Assembly (NCBI GenBank): GCA_965199715.1
Contig: OZ241322.1
Location: forward strand, 1,920,001-1,984,000
DNA length: 64,000 nucleotides
Direction: 5' to 3'
From: Vicinamibacteria bacterium
Lineage (GTDB): Bacteria; Acidobacteriota; Vicinamibacteria; Marinacidobacterales; Marinacidobacteraceae
The notes below the pieces were generated by a model. It did no database searches. It was not told where the DNA came from and saw only the letters and a program-made list of their open reading frames with translations. The position numbers and the translations under genes are program-made. How positions within the stretch are numbered: the first letter of the stretch is position 1; every line of letters begins with the position of its first letter. This document shows, piece after piece, positions 39,419 to 49,295 of this stretch.

Positions 39419-40918
39419 TTGAGCTCCGCCGGCGCGCCGTTTCACCCCCTCGTCCGCACTCTGGATCTGCGGCTGCGCACGGGCCGCCTGCTGCGCGATC
39501 TGGCTTGGTTCGCCGGGGCCGTCGCGCTCGCGCTGGCGCTGCCGCGCCTTGGCGGCGACGGCCTCCCGCTCCTCGCGGCCGGAGTGGCCTTCGCGGGAGC
39601 CGCACTCGTGTTCTGGCGCTTTTGGACCGGCGGCGGCCTTCTCGCCGCCGCCGCCGCCGGGGACCGGGGCGGGGGACTGGCCGACGAGCTGGGCTCGGCG
39701 CAGTGGTTCTTCTCGCAGGATGCGCAGACCTCCTGGGAGTCGTTCCAGATCGCCCGCGCCCGCGGGATCGCCGACGGGGCCGATCCTGCGGGCCTCGTGC
39801 CGGTCGCCGTGCCCCGGGCGACTTGGGGCGCGCTCGGCTCGGTCGCGCTGTTGCTCGTCGCGCTCCCGCTGATCGAGGGGCCGCTCGTTCCCGAGGCGCT
39901 GCGGGCGCGGCTCGCCAGCGGGCTCGCTGGAAGCGTCGGGACCGAGCCCGAGCCCGAGCTCGCCGGCCTCGCTCCCGAGGAGGAAGCCGAGGACGCCCGG
40001 CTCGAGGCCCGCTCGCCCGAGGAAGTCCTCGAGGCGCTGCGCGCCGGCGAGGTTCCCATGGCGGACCCGGCGTTCGAGGACGAGGCGGCGCTCGAGGCGG
40101 CGCTCGCCCGCGCCATGGAGGAGCAGGCGTTCGGCGAATCCAGCGAGGAGGTCACCGCCGCGCTCGCGGGTCTCGCCGATTCGCTCGAGGACGCCGAGTG
40201 GATGGAGGGGCTCGCCGAGGCGATGCAGAACGGGGCCACGAGCGAGGAGCTGCGGGCGCTGCTCGAGGCGCTCGAGGCGGACGGCGCCTTCGCCGAGGCC
40301 GCCGCCGAGATGGCGGAGCTGCTGGAGGCCGGCATGGATCCGCAGGCCGCGTTCGAGCAGCTCGCCGAGAACATGCAGGCGATGGACGGCGAGGCAATGC
40401 AGGGCCAGGGCGGCGAGGGCCAGCAGATGCCCTTCCCGGGCGAGGGCGAGGGCGGCGGCCAGCCGCAGGCGGGCGAGGGCGGCGAGCCCGCGGGCGGCAT
40501 GCCGCAGGGCGCGTCCGGCCTCTCGGGCGCGGTCCAGATGATGGCCGCCGAGGGCCAGATGGGCGCCCCGATGCCGATGGACGCGGGACCGGCGGGCAAC
40601 ATGACCGGCCCCGGAGGCGGTGGCGAATCCGACGTGTTCGGCGACTCGACGAGCCTCGAGGTGCAGCTCGCCATGGAGGCGATTCCCCCGTCCGAGGACG
40701 TCGAGCCGGTTCCGGAGCAGATCGTCGAGCGGCAGAGCCGCCGCGAGGACGCGAGCGTCGAGTTCGACAGCGTGCGTTCGCTCGACGAGTACGCAGACGA
40801 GACCGTCGCCCGCCGGCGCGTCATTCCCGCCGGCCTGCGGCCCCTCGTCCGCGCCTATTTCCTGATGATCCGGGAGACCGTCCCCGACGCGGAACCGGAA
40901 GGAGCAGAGCAGCCATGA
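39419..40918 (+). CDS. Hypothetical membrane protein with acidic coiled-coil and G/Q/M-rich region (MoxR operon)
   Basis: N-terminal TM helices, E/A-rich helical middle, and C-terminal IP...R.LVRAYF. Stop overlaps the moxR ATG. Confidence 0.75.
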   Translation: MSSAGAPFHPLVRTLDLRLRTGRLLRDLAWFAGAVALALALPRLGGDGLPLLAAGVAFAGAALVFWRFWTGGGLLAAAAAGDRGGGLADELGSAQWFFSQDAQTSWESFQIARARGIADGADPAGLVPVAVPRATWGALGSVALLLVALPLIEGPLVPEALRARLASGLAGSVGTEPEPELAGLAPEEEAEDARLEARSPEEVLEALRAGEVPMADPAFEDEAALEAALARAMEEQAFGESSEEVTAALAGLADSLEDAEWMEGLAEAMQNGATSEELRALLEALEADGAFAEAAAEMAELLEAGMDPQAAFEQLAENMQAMDGEAMQGQGGEGQQMPFPGEGEGGGQPQAGEGGEPAGGMPQGASGLSGAVQMMAAEGQMGAPMPMDAGPAGNMTGPGGGGESDVFGDSTSLEVQLAMEAIPPSEDVEPVPEQIVERQSRREDASVEFDSVRSLDEYADETVARRRVIPAGLRPLVRAYFLMIRETVPDAEPEGAEQP

Positions 40919-41943
40919 GCCCCGAAGCCGCGGTCACGGATCCGCCGACGAGCGCCGACATCGAGCGGCGCATCGAGAGCTTCCGCGACCGCCACGACCG
41001 CATCCAGGCCGAGGTCGGCCGCGTGATCGTCGGCAACCGGGAGGTCGTCAGCGGAATCGTCACCTGCCTCCTGACCCGAGGCCACGTGCTGCTCGAGGGA
41101 ATCCCCGGTCTCGGCAAGACGAAGATCGTGCAGACGCTGTCCGAGGCGATGCACCTCAAGTTCAACCGGATCCAGTTCACGCCGGACCTCATGCCCGGCG
41201 ACATCCTCGGAACCAACGTGGTTCGCGAGACCGAGACCGGCGAGAAGTACCTCGACTTCCAGCCGGGCCCGATCTTCTGCCACCTCATGCTCGCCGACGA
41301 GGTGAACCGCGCCACGCCCAAGTCGCAGTCGGCGCTGCTCGAGGCGATGCAGGAGAAGAGCGTCTCGGTCGGCAACACGACCTACAAGCTGGAGGAGCCG
41401 TTCTTCGTGATGGCCACCCAGAACCCGATCGAGCTGGAAGGCACCTATCCGCTTCCCGAGGCCCAGATGGACCGCTTCCTCATGAAGCTGCGCATCGGCT
41501 ACCCCGACGAGGAGGAGCTGCGCGAGATCGTGGACCGGACCACCTCCGTCGAGGAGCCGACCGCGAGCGCGATCGTTCACCGCGACGAGGTGCTCGACAT
41601 GCGCCGGACGGTGCTCTCGGTGCCGGTGGCGCAGCCGGTCCTCGACTACGCCATCCGGCTCGCCATGGGGACGCACCCGGAATCGCGCTACGCCCACGCG
41701 CTCACGAACCGCTATGTCAAGTTCGGGGCGAGCCCCCGGGGCGTGCAGGCGCTCGTGCTCTCGGGGAAGGTCCGGGCGCTCCTCGCCGGTCGTCCGCACG
41801 TCGCCGCCGAGGACATCCGCGCCGGGGTCAAGCCGACGCTCCGCCACCGGCTCCTCCTCAACTTCGAGGGCGAGGCCGACAAGGTGGATCCGGACGACAT
41901 CCTCGAGCAGATCGTCGAGACCATCCGTCCGCCCGCCGCTTGA
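40915..41943 (+). CDS. moxR: MoxR-family AAA+ ATPase
   Basis: HVLLEGIPGLGKT, RIQFTPDLMP.D, LADEVNRATPK.QSALLEAM, ATQNPIE.EGTYPLPEAQMDRF, GASPRG. Confidence 0.95.
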   Translation: MSPEAAVTDPPTSADIERRIESFRDRHDRIQAEVGRVIVGNREVVSGIVTCLLTRGHVLLEGIPGLGKTKIVQTLSEAMHLKFNRIQFTPDLMPGDILGTNVVRETETGEKYLDFQPGPIFCHLMLADEVNRATPKSQSALLEAMQEKSVSVGNTTYKLEEPFFVMATQNPIELEGTYPLPEAQMDRFLMKLRIGYPDEEELREIVDRTTSVEEPTASAIVHRDEVLDMRRTVLSVPVAQPVLDYAIRLAMGTHPESRYAHALTNRYVKFGASPRGVQALVLSGKVRALLAGRPHVAAEDIRAGVKPTLRHRLLLNFEGEADKVDPDDILEQIVETIRPPAA

Positions 41944-41972
41944 GGACGGCCGTCCGCCCGCGCCGGCCGCCG

Positions 41973-42857
41973 ATGAGCTCCGACACGCTGTTTGACGCCT
42001 CCTTCATGGAGCGGCTCGAGTACCTCAAGATGATGGCCGCCCGGATGCTGCCGAGCCGGCATCGGGGCGAGCATCGGGCGAGAAAGCGCGGCTCGGGGAT
42101 CGAGCTCGCCGACTACCGGCCCTACGTCCCCGGCGACGACACCCGCGACGTGGACTGGAAGGCCTTCCTGCGCCTCGACAAGCTCATCCTGCGCGTCTTC
42201 GAGGAGGACGCCGACCTTCCGGTGTACCTGTTCGTGGACCGAAGCGCCTCGATGGCCTTCGGGAACCCCTCCAAGTTCGATCACGCCCGCAAGCTGGCCG
42301 GCGCCCTCGCCTACATCGGCTTGCTGAACCACGACCTCATCACGATCGTCTGGTACGGCGACGCGATGGGCGAGGCGCTGCCGGGCAAGCGCGGCCGCAA
42401 CCAGGTGTTCCGGGCGTTCCGCTTCCTCGACGCCGGCGAGTCCGGCGGCCGGACCTCGCTGGCCGCCGCCTTCCGCTCGTTCTTCGGCTCGCGCCGCAAG
42501 CGCGGACTCGCGGTGATCCTGTCCGACATGATGGACAGCGGGGACCTGGTCGCGGCGTTCGACGCCTGCCGCCACCAGAAGCACGACATGTTCCTCGTCC
42601 AGGTGCTCACGCCCGAGGAGCTCGACCCGACGCTCCCCGACGAGGCGCTGCTCACCGACAGCGAGGACGGCTCCGAGCGCCGGGTCCGGGTCACCCCGCG
42701 ACTGCTCGCCCGTTACGGCGAGGCGCTCGAGGAGCACCGCCGCCAGATCGGCGAGTACTGCGCGAAGTACGGCTTCGGCTGGTCGCTCGCGAGCACCGGC
42801 GAGCCCTTCGAGGAGGCCGTCCTCGCCATCTTCAAGCAGGACCGCTTCCTCCGCTGA
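41973..42857 (+). CDS. DUF58 domain protein
   Basis: GSGIELADYRPYVPGDD.R.VDWK and VDRSASM. Confidence 0.92.
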   Translation: MSSDTLFDASFMERLEYLKMMAARMLPSRHRGEHRARKRGSGIELADYRPYVPGDDTRDVDWKAFLRLDKLILRVFEEDADLPVYLFVDRSASMAFGNPSKFDHARKLAGALAYIGLLNHDLITIVWYGDAMGEALPGKRGRNQVFRAFRFLDAGESGGRTSLAAAFRSFFGSRRKRGLAVILSDMMDSGDLVAAFDACRHQKHDMFLVQVLTPEELDPTLPDEALLTDSEDGSERRVRVTPRLLARYGEALEEHRRQIGEYCAKYGFGWSLASTGEPFEEAVLAIFKQDRFLR

Positions 42858-44656
42858 TGGTCTTCCAGGCGTCCCCGTTCTGGATCGCGCTCGGCGCGCT
42901 CCTGACGCTCGGCGCGATCCTGCTGCTGTATCTCCTCCGCCCGGAGCCCCAGCCGGTCGTCGTCCCGTCGAACCTGATCTGGCGGCGGGTGCTGGACGAG
43001 CGCCGCCGGCGCGAGGACTTCTGGCGGTGGCTCGTCTCGCTCCTCGTCGCGCTGCTCATCGGCCTTGCGGTCATCCTCGCAGTGGGCCGCCCGACCCCGT
43101 CGGCGGTGGCGGACGCCGGCGGGCGCACGGTGCTGGTGCTGGACGACTCCCCGGGCATGGCGGCGGTCGGGCCGAGCGGGGTCTCGCGCTGGGAGCTGGC
43201 CCGCTCGCACGCCCGGAACATCGTGCGGTCCGGGAACGAGACCAGCGAGTTCCTCGTCCTCGACACCGCCGGAAGGCGCGGCGGACGCTCGTTCACGTCC
43301 GCCCGGGACGCCCTCGCCGATCTCGAGGCCATGACCCCGGTGCACGGCGCCGAGCACCGCTTCCCGGATCTCGCCGACGTCCTCGGCGCGGGATCGGCGT
43401 CCGTGATCTTCCTCGGCGACGGCGTCCGGGTGCCGTCGCTCCCGCCCGGCGTCGAGCGCGTGTCGGTGTTCGAGCCGGTGGGCAACGCCGGGATCACCGC
43501 CTTCGACGTGCGCCCGCTGCCCGCCGACCCGGGGCGTTTCGAGGCCTTCGTGGAGGTCGTGCGCCATCCGGCCGGCCCCGGCGACGAGGACGCGATCGTG
43601 GCGCTCCAAGTGGACGGCGCCGGCGGCGCGAGCCTGCGGCGCACGCTGCGGCTCCAGCCGGGAGTCCCCGAGGGAAACGCCATCCCGCTCGGGGGCTTCG
43701 TCTCCGGCCCCATCCGCGCCGTCATCGCCGTCTCCGGCGAGGACGGGTACGCCGCCGACGACGTGGCGCACGCCTACGTGCCGTCGCGCAACCGGCTCCG
43801 GGTCGCGCTGCTCGGCCCCGAGAACCCCTATCTGGAGGCCGGGCTGCGCCTCGACCCGAGGGTGACGCTCACGCGGCCCGATTCGGTGGACGCGGTGGAT
43901 CCGGCGGCGACCGACCTGCTCGTCGTCTCCGGGCCGGCTCCCGAGACGACTCCGGCGCTTCCGGTGCTGTTCGCCGGGACCGGCTCGGCGGACTGGTTGC
44001 CGCCCCGGCTCGAAGGCGCCGAGGGAGCCGGCGCGGTCGAGCTGCGGGCGCGGGCCGAGGACCATCCGTTGGTCCGGGGCCTCGTCCTCGACGATTCGGT
44101 CGCGCCCGCGGCGACTGCGTTCGACGGGTCCGCGGCCTCGTGGGAGGTGCTCCTCGGCGACGCGCGCTCCGGCCTGCTCATGGCCCGGAGCTGGCCGCGA
44201 CCGGCGCTCGCGTTCTCGTTTCCGGTGGCGCTGTCGAACCTGCCGCTCGCGCCCGACTTTCCCGTGCTGCTCTCCCGGGCGCTCGGGTGGCTCACCGACG
44301 TGGCCGTGCGCCGCACCGGCCTCGGGCCGGTCCGGGTGGAGATCGCGTCCGGGGCGGTCTTCGACGACGACGGCGCCGAGGTGGAGGTCCGGCCGATCGG
44401 CTCGACGATTTCCTTCGACGCGGCCGAGCCGTCGCTCTACTACGTGGCCGGCGACGGGCAGGAACTGGTCGTCGCGGCGAGCCTGCTGGACCGGACCGTC
44501 TCCGACCTGAACCGCTCGGCGTGGGCCGGGGAGGCGCCGGCCCCCCCCGGCGGCGGGACCGACCCGGCGCGGCCGGTCTGGCCGTGGCTCCTGCTCGCCG
44601 CGTTCCTCCTCGCGGTGGGCGAGTGGGTGGCCTTCCACCGGCACGCGACGGTCTGA
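42857..44656 (+). CDS. BatA/VWA domain membrane protein
   Basis: BatA-like LLYLLR...VVPSNLIW; VWA-like VLVLDDSPGM and FLGDG; C-terminal WPWLLLAA..L..EW. Confidence 0.85.
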   Translation: MVFQASPFWIALGALLTLGAILLLYLLRPEPQPVVVPSNLIWRRVLDERRRREDFWRWLVSLLVALLIGLAVILAVGRPTPSAVADAGGRTVLVLDDSPGMAAVGPSGVSRWELARSHARNIVRSGNETSEFLVLDTAGRRGGRSFTSARDALADLEAMTPVHGAEHRFPDLADVLGAGSASVIFLGDGVRVPSLPPGVERVSVFEPVGNAGITAFDVRPLPADPGRFEAFVEVVRHPAGPGDEDAIVALQVDGAGGASLRRTLRLQPGVPEGNAIPLGGFVSGPIRAVIAVSGEDGYAADDVAHAYVPSRNRLRVALLGPENPYLEAGLRLDPRVTLTRPDSVDAVDPAATDLLVVSGPAPETTPALPVLFAGTGSADWLPPRLEGAEGAGAVELRARAEDHPLVRGLVLDDSVAPAATAFDGSAASWEVLLGDARSGLLMARSWPRPALAFSFPVALSNLPLAPDFPVLLSRALGWLTDVAVRRTGLGPVRVEIASGAVFDDDGAEVEVRPIGSTISFDAAEPSLYYVAGDGQELVVAASLLDRTVSDLNRSAWAGEAPAPPGGGTDPARPVWPWLLLAAFLLAVGEWVAFHRHATV

Positions 44657-44664
44657 GCGGTCCG

Positions 44665-46014
44665 GTGGGCGTCCGCACCCGGATCGCTCCGTCGCCGACC
44701 GGCGACCCCCACGTCGGGACCGCGTTCCAGGCGCTGCTGAACTACGCCTTCGCCCGCCGGGCGGGCGGAGCGTTCCTGCTGCGGATCGAGGACACCGACC
44801 GCGCCCGCTCGACCGCCGCGTCGGAGGCGGCCATCCTCCGGTCGCTCCGCTGGCTCGGCCTCGAGTGGGACGAGGGGCCGGACGTGGGCGGCCCGTTCGG
44901 CCCGTACCGCCAGAGCGAGCGCACCCCCCGGTATCGGGAAGTCGCCGATCGGCTGCTCGCCTCGGGCCACGGCTACCGGGACGGCGGCGCGATCCGGCTC
45001 CGCACGCCCGGCGACGGGCAGGTCGCGCTCGCCGACGAACTGCGCCCGGGGCTCAGCAAGGACTGGGCCTCGGTGGACGACCCGGTGCTCCTGAAGTCGG
45101 ACGGCTTCCCGACGTACCACCTCGCGAACGTCGTGGACGACCGCCTCATGGGGATCACCGACGTGATCCGGGGCGAGGAGTGGATCGCGTCGCTCCCCAA
45201 GCACGTCTTCCTCTACGAGGCGCTCGGCTGGACCCCGCCGCGCTTCTGGCACGTCCCCCTGCTGCGCAACAAGGACCGCAACCGGTCCAAGCTGAGCAAG
45301 CGCAAGAGCCCCACGTCGGTGGACTTCTACCGGGAGGCCGGGTTCCTGCCCGAGGCGCTCCTGAACTTCCTCGGGATGCTCGTGTGGACGCGGGCGGAGG
45401 GCGAGGAGAAGTTCGACCTCGACGCCTTCGTCGCCGGGTTCGACCTGTCACGGATCTCGCTCGCAGGCGCGGTCTTCGACCAGGACAAGCTCGCGTGGCT
45501 GAACGGCCGCTACATCCGCGAGGACCACGCCCCCGAGGATCTGGCCCGAAGGCTCCGCGAGTGGCGCCTCGACGATCCCACGCTCGCCCGGATCGCCGCG
45601 CTGGCGCAGCCCCGGATGCGCACGCTGGGCGACTTCGGCTTCCTCACCCCGTTCTTCTTCGCCGACGAGGTGCCGCTCGACCCCGCCGCGCTGGCCGGCG
45701 GGCGCGAGCCCGCCGAGGTCGCCGAGTGGCTGCTGCGCGCCGAGTGGGCGGTCGGCGAACTGGCGGAGTTCGACGAGGGCTCGATCCGGGACGCTCTCCG
45801 CGCTCTCGCCGGGGATCTCGGCGTCGGCCTCGGCAAGCTCACCGGCCCGCTCTACGTCGCCGTCAGCGGTTCGTCCTCCTCGACGCCGCTGTTCGGCTCC
45901 ATGGTGGTGCTCGGCCGCGGCATGACCCGGATGCGCCTGCGCCGCGCCCGCGCCGCGCTTGGCGGGGTGACGCGCCGCCGGGAGAAGGAGCTCGAGGCTC
46001 AGCGCAGCCCGTAG
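44665..46014 (+). CDS. gltX: Glutamate--tRNA ligase
   Basis: VRTRIAPSPTG.PHVG (HIGH), LRIEDTD, YRQSER, PTYHLANVVDD, IRGEEW, KLSKR. Confidence 0.93.
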   Translation: MGVRTRIAPSPTGDPHVGTAFQALLNYAFARRAGGAFLLRIEDTDRARSTAASEAAILRSLRWLGLEWDEGPDVGGPFGPYRQSERTPRYREVADRLLASGHGYRDGGAIRLRTPGDGQVALADELRPGLSKDWASVDDPVLLKSDGFPTYHLANVVDDRLMGITDVIRGEEWIASLPKHVFLYEALGWTPPRFWHVPLLRNKDRNRSKLSKRKSPTSVDFYREAGFLPEALLNFLGMLVWTRAEGEEKFDLDAFVAGFDLSRISLAGAVFDQDKLAWLNGRYIREDHAPEDLARRLREWRLDDPTLARIAALAQPRMRTLGDFGFLTPFFFADEVPLDPAALAGGREPAEVAEWLLRAEWAVGELAEFDEGSIRDALRALAGDLGVGLGKLTGPLYVAVSGSSSSTPLFGSMVVLGRGMTRMRLRRARAALGGVTRRREKELEAQRSP

Positions 46015-47213
46015 AGGGTCAGCCCGGACACGTCCTTCACCCAGATCCGGTCGCCGTGGAGCGTCGGCTGGGTCCACGTCGCGCTGTTCCCCACCTCGTA
46101 GCGGCGGATCTCCTCGAGCCCGTCGCGGGACGCGCCGAAGACGACCAGCTCGCCGTCGGTCTCGAGGGACAGCACCGTGCTTCCGGCCCGCAGCATCGCG
46201 GCGTTGTCCGCCTGCCTCGGCGCGCTCTTCCACAGCGCCTCGCCGGTTTCGAGGTCGATCGCCACGTACTGCCCGCTGTTGCGGTGCGAGAGGCCGAAGA
46301 GCACCGAATCCCCGACGACCGGGTTCGCCATGTGGAGCGAGGCCTCGTCGGTGCTCCAGACGTCCTCGGTCGTCCATCCGGTTCCTTCGCGGACGACCCG
46401 GAACGCGGTGATCCCGTTCGAGCGTCCGTTCTGGATCACGAGGTCTCCGAAACGCGCCGGCGTCTGCGAGGTGGTGTCGGAGGGCGTCGTGAAGGGGCGG
46501 CTCCAGAGCAGCCGGCCGCTCTCGAACTCCACGCCCACAAAGTGGTTCTGGGTGAACACGACCACCTGCGGGACGCCGTCGAACGCGAAGAGCATCGGGG
46601 AGCCGTAGGCGGGACCGTCGCCGTCCCAGCTCCAGCGGACGTCCCCGGTCGCGGCGTCGAAGGCGGTCAGCGCCCCGTCGTCGTGCCCGCCCACGTGGAC
46701 GATCGCGAGGCCGTCGCGGACGAGCGGCGACATCGACGTGTGGTAGAGCGGATGGACGCCGGTTCCCGGCACGTGCCAGAGCCGCTCGCCGGTGGCGGCG
46801 TCCCACGCGGTCACCGAGCCGGTCATCCCGTGCGCGTGGAGGCGTCCGTCCCGGAAGGCGGGCGTGGACTTGGGGCCGGCCCCGTGACGCGCCGTCGCCG
46901 GGCTCATGTCGAACTGCGCCGGGTACGCGCTCCGCCAGCGGGTCGCGCCGGTCGCCGCGTCGAGCGCCAGCATGACCTCGTCGTCGCCCTGCCGGACGAA
47001 CTGGAAGATCGCGTCCCCGACCAGGAGCGGGGTCGCGTAGCCGAGCCCGACCTCGACGGACCAACGCTCGACGAGCTCCTCCGGCCACGTCTCCGGAACC
47101 TCGAAATCGGCCGCCACGCCGTCGCGTTCGGCGCCCCGCCACTCGGGCCAGTCCCCGGCGGCGGCAGGAAGCGCGGCCAGCAGCGCGATCAGCGTCAGCG
47201 AGTGTGGTTGCAT
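45999..47213 (-). CDS. PQQ-binding-like beta-propeller protein
   Basis: Signal peptide, DWPEWRG..RDG, and repeated ALDAATG..RW motifs. Confidence 0.88.
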   Translation of the reverse strand: MQPHSLTLIALLAALPAAAGDWPEWRGAERDGVAADFEVPETWPEELVERWSVEVGLGYATPLLVGDAIFQFVRQGDDEVMLALDAATGATRWRSAYPAQFDMSPATARHGAGPKSTPAFRDGRLHAHGMTGSVTAWDAATGERLWHVPGTGVHPLYHTSMSPLVRDGLAIVHVGGHDDGALTAFDAATGDVRWSWDGDGPAYGSPMLFAFDGVPQVVVFTQNHFVGVEFESGRLLWSRPFTTPSDTTSQTPARFGDLVIQNGRSNGITAFRVVREGTGWTTEDVWSTDEASLHMANPVVGDSVLFGLSHRNSGQYVAIDLETGEALWKSAPRQADNAAMLRAGSTVLSLETDGELVVFGASRDGLEEIRRYEVGNSATWTQPTLHGDRIWVKDVSGLTLYGLR

Positions 47214-47222
47214 AGCGGGATT

Positions 47223-48791
47223 ATGCGTCCCTGGCCGCTCCTCGTCGTGCTCGCCGCCGCCTGCGGCCCGGCCCCGGTGGACGTGCTCCTCCAGGGAGGA
47301 CTCGTCCACGACGGCGGCGGTGGGGAGCCGTTCCCGGCGGACGTCGGAATCCGGGGCGATCGGATCGCCTTCGTCGGCGACGGCGGCGAGTTGGAGGCGG
47401 CCGAGGTCGTGGACGTCTCCGGCCTCGTCGTCGCGCCCGGGTTCATCGACATGCACTCCCATTCCCAGGTCGGCGAGGAATGGGCGCGGGAGGCGCTGCC
47501 GTTCCTCTACCAGGGGATCACGACGGTGGTGCTCGGCGTGGACGGCGGTGGCGCGCCGGAGGTGGGCGACACGCTCGCCGGCTGGGACGCGAGCGGGATC
47601 GGAGTGAACGCGCTCACCTACGTCGGGCATGGCGCGGTCCGGCGCCGGGTGCTCGGAGCGGAGGACCGCGCCCCCACCGGCGAGGAGCTGGACGAAATGC
47701 GCGCGCTGGTGCGGCGGGGGCTCGAGGAGGGCGCCTTCGGGCTCTCGACGGGGCTCTTCTACGTTCCTGGAACCTACGCCACCACCGAGGAGGTCATCGA
47801 GCTGGCGCGGGTGGCCGCCGAATACGCGCCGGCCATCTACGACACCCACGACCGGGATCTCGGGGCGTCGTACCCGAGCTTCGGGTATCTCGCCTCGATC
47901 GAGGAGGCCATCCGCATCGGCGAGGAGTCGGGAACCAAGGTCATCTTCAGCCACTTCAACGCGCAGGGCGCGGCGAACTACGGCCGCGCTCCCGAGGGCG
48001 CGGCGCTCATCGAAGAGGCCCGCGCCCGGGGCGTCCCCGTGTTCGGGGCGCAGCACGTGTATACGGCCACCCAGTCGAGCCTGCGCGCCTACACGGTGCC
48101 CCGATGGGCCTCGGCCGGGGGCCGCGACGCGATGCTCGAGCGGTTCGACGACCCGGACACGGCGCGGGTGCTCGACGAGGCCATGGCCGAGATGCTCGCG
48201 ATCCGGGGCGGCGCCGAGCGGATCCGCTTCTCCGACTCCCGGCCGCACCTGAACGGCCGCACGCTCGCGGAAGTCGCGGAGGAAGGGGGCGCGTCCGCTC
48301 CCGAGGCGGCGCGGCGCATCCTCGCCGAGGGGAACGCCTCGGTGATGAACGTGGGCCTCTACGACCCGGTGAACACCGCCTTCCTCGCCGAGCAGGACTG
48401 GATGATGACCTGCACCGACGGGCGCGACATCGCTCCGGGCACGGCCGTCGGGCATCCCCGGGTGTACGGGGCGTTCACCCGGAAGCTGCGCGACTACGCG
48501 CTCGACGAGGGCCGGATCCGCGTCGGGTTCGCGATCCGCAGCATGACCGGCCTCGCGGCGGAGTTCCTTGAGCTTGCGGACCGGGGCTTCCTGAAGGAGG
48601 GCATGCTCGCCGACGTCGCCGTTCTCGATCTCGAGCGGGTCCGGGACCGCGCGACCTACGACGATCCCCACCAGTACTCCGACGGGACGGTGCATGTCCT
48701 CGTGAACGGGGCGTTCGCGATCCGCGACGGGGCGCACACCGGCGCGCTGGCTGGGCGGGGGCTCGTCCCGACGCGCCTCGCGCCCGGGTAG
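47223..48791 (+). CDS. N-acyl-D-amino-acid deacylase family amidohydrolase (lipoprotein)
   Basis: LAAAC lipobox, APGFIDMHSH, GLSTGLFYVPG, HPRVYGAF, ADVAVLD, VLVNG. Confidence 0.9.
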   Translation: MRPWPLLVVLAAACGPAPVDVLLQGGLVHDGGGGEPFPADVGIRGDRIAFVGDGGELEAAEVVDVSGLVVAPGFIDMHSHSQVGEEWAREALPFLYQGITTVVLGVDGGGAPEVGDTLAGWDASGIGVNALTYVGHGAVRRRVLGAEDRAPTGEELDEMRALVRRGLEEGAFGLSTGLFYVPGTYATTEEVIELARVAAEYAPAIYDTHDRDLGASYPSFGYLASIEEAIRIGEESGTKVIFSHFNAQGAANYGRAPEGAALIEEARARGVPVFGAQHVYTATQSSLRAYTVPRWASAGGRDAMLERFDDPDTARVLDEAMAEMLAIRGGAERIRFSDSRPHLNGRTLAEVAEEGGASAPEAARRILAEGNASVMNVGLYDPVNTAFLAEQDWMMTCTDGRDIAPGTAVGHPRVYGAFTRKLRDYALDEGRIRVGFAIRSMTGLAAEFLELADRGFLKEGMLADVAVLDLERVRDRATYDDPHQYSDGTVHVLVNGAFAIRDGAHTGALAGRGLVPTRLAPG

Positions 48792-48815
48792 CATTCCCGC
48801 ACGAGGTACCCGCAC

Positions 48816-49292
48816 ATGCGCCCGATCCGCCGTCTCGCCCCGCTCGCCGCCGTCCTCGCGGTCGCGGCCGCCGCGCTCGCCGCGCAGCAGCCCGACGCCG
48901 GAACCCCGCGCTTCGGGGTTTGGAAGCTGCGTTCCGACGCCCCGGCGCCGTTCAGCAACGTGATGACCTACGAGCCGTGGAGCGACGGCGGCATGAGCAT
49001 CACCGTCGCGAGCACCAACGCCGAGGGGCGCTCCTCCGAGTGGGGCTACAACACGATGTTCGACGGCGTGTTCCGGACGGTGAGCGGGCTTGCGGGCTCG
49101 GACACCGCGGTCGAGGTCGTGGACGAGCGCTCCACGCGCATCCTCAACCGGCGCGACGGCCATGTCTATCAGGTCATCATCAACACCCTCTCGGAGGACG
49201 GGAACCGGATCGACAACGACTACGTCCGGTTCGACGACGAGGGGCGCGTGGTCCGGGTGACCCGCGCGATCTACGACCGGATCGAGGACTGA
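48816..49292 (+). CDS. Hypothetical exported beta-rich protein
   Basis: Signal peptide; FGVWKL (lipocalin-like GxW); LSEDG..I; GAGG RBS. Confidence 0.7.
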   Translation: MRPIRRLAPLAAVLAVAAAALAAQQPDAGTPRFGVWKLRSDAPAPFSNVMTYEPWSDGGMSITVASTNAEGRSSEWGYNTMFDGVFRTVSGLAGSDTAVEVVDERSTRILNRRDGHVYQVIINTLSEDGNRIDNDYVRFDDEGRVVRVTRAIYDRIED

Positions 49293-49295
49293 GCG

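Noticed and set aside
34609-39420. SAM riboswitch or other Met regulatory RNA near metX/metY
   Set aside because: Intergenic gaps are only a few bases and no recognisable aptamer was seen.
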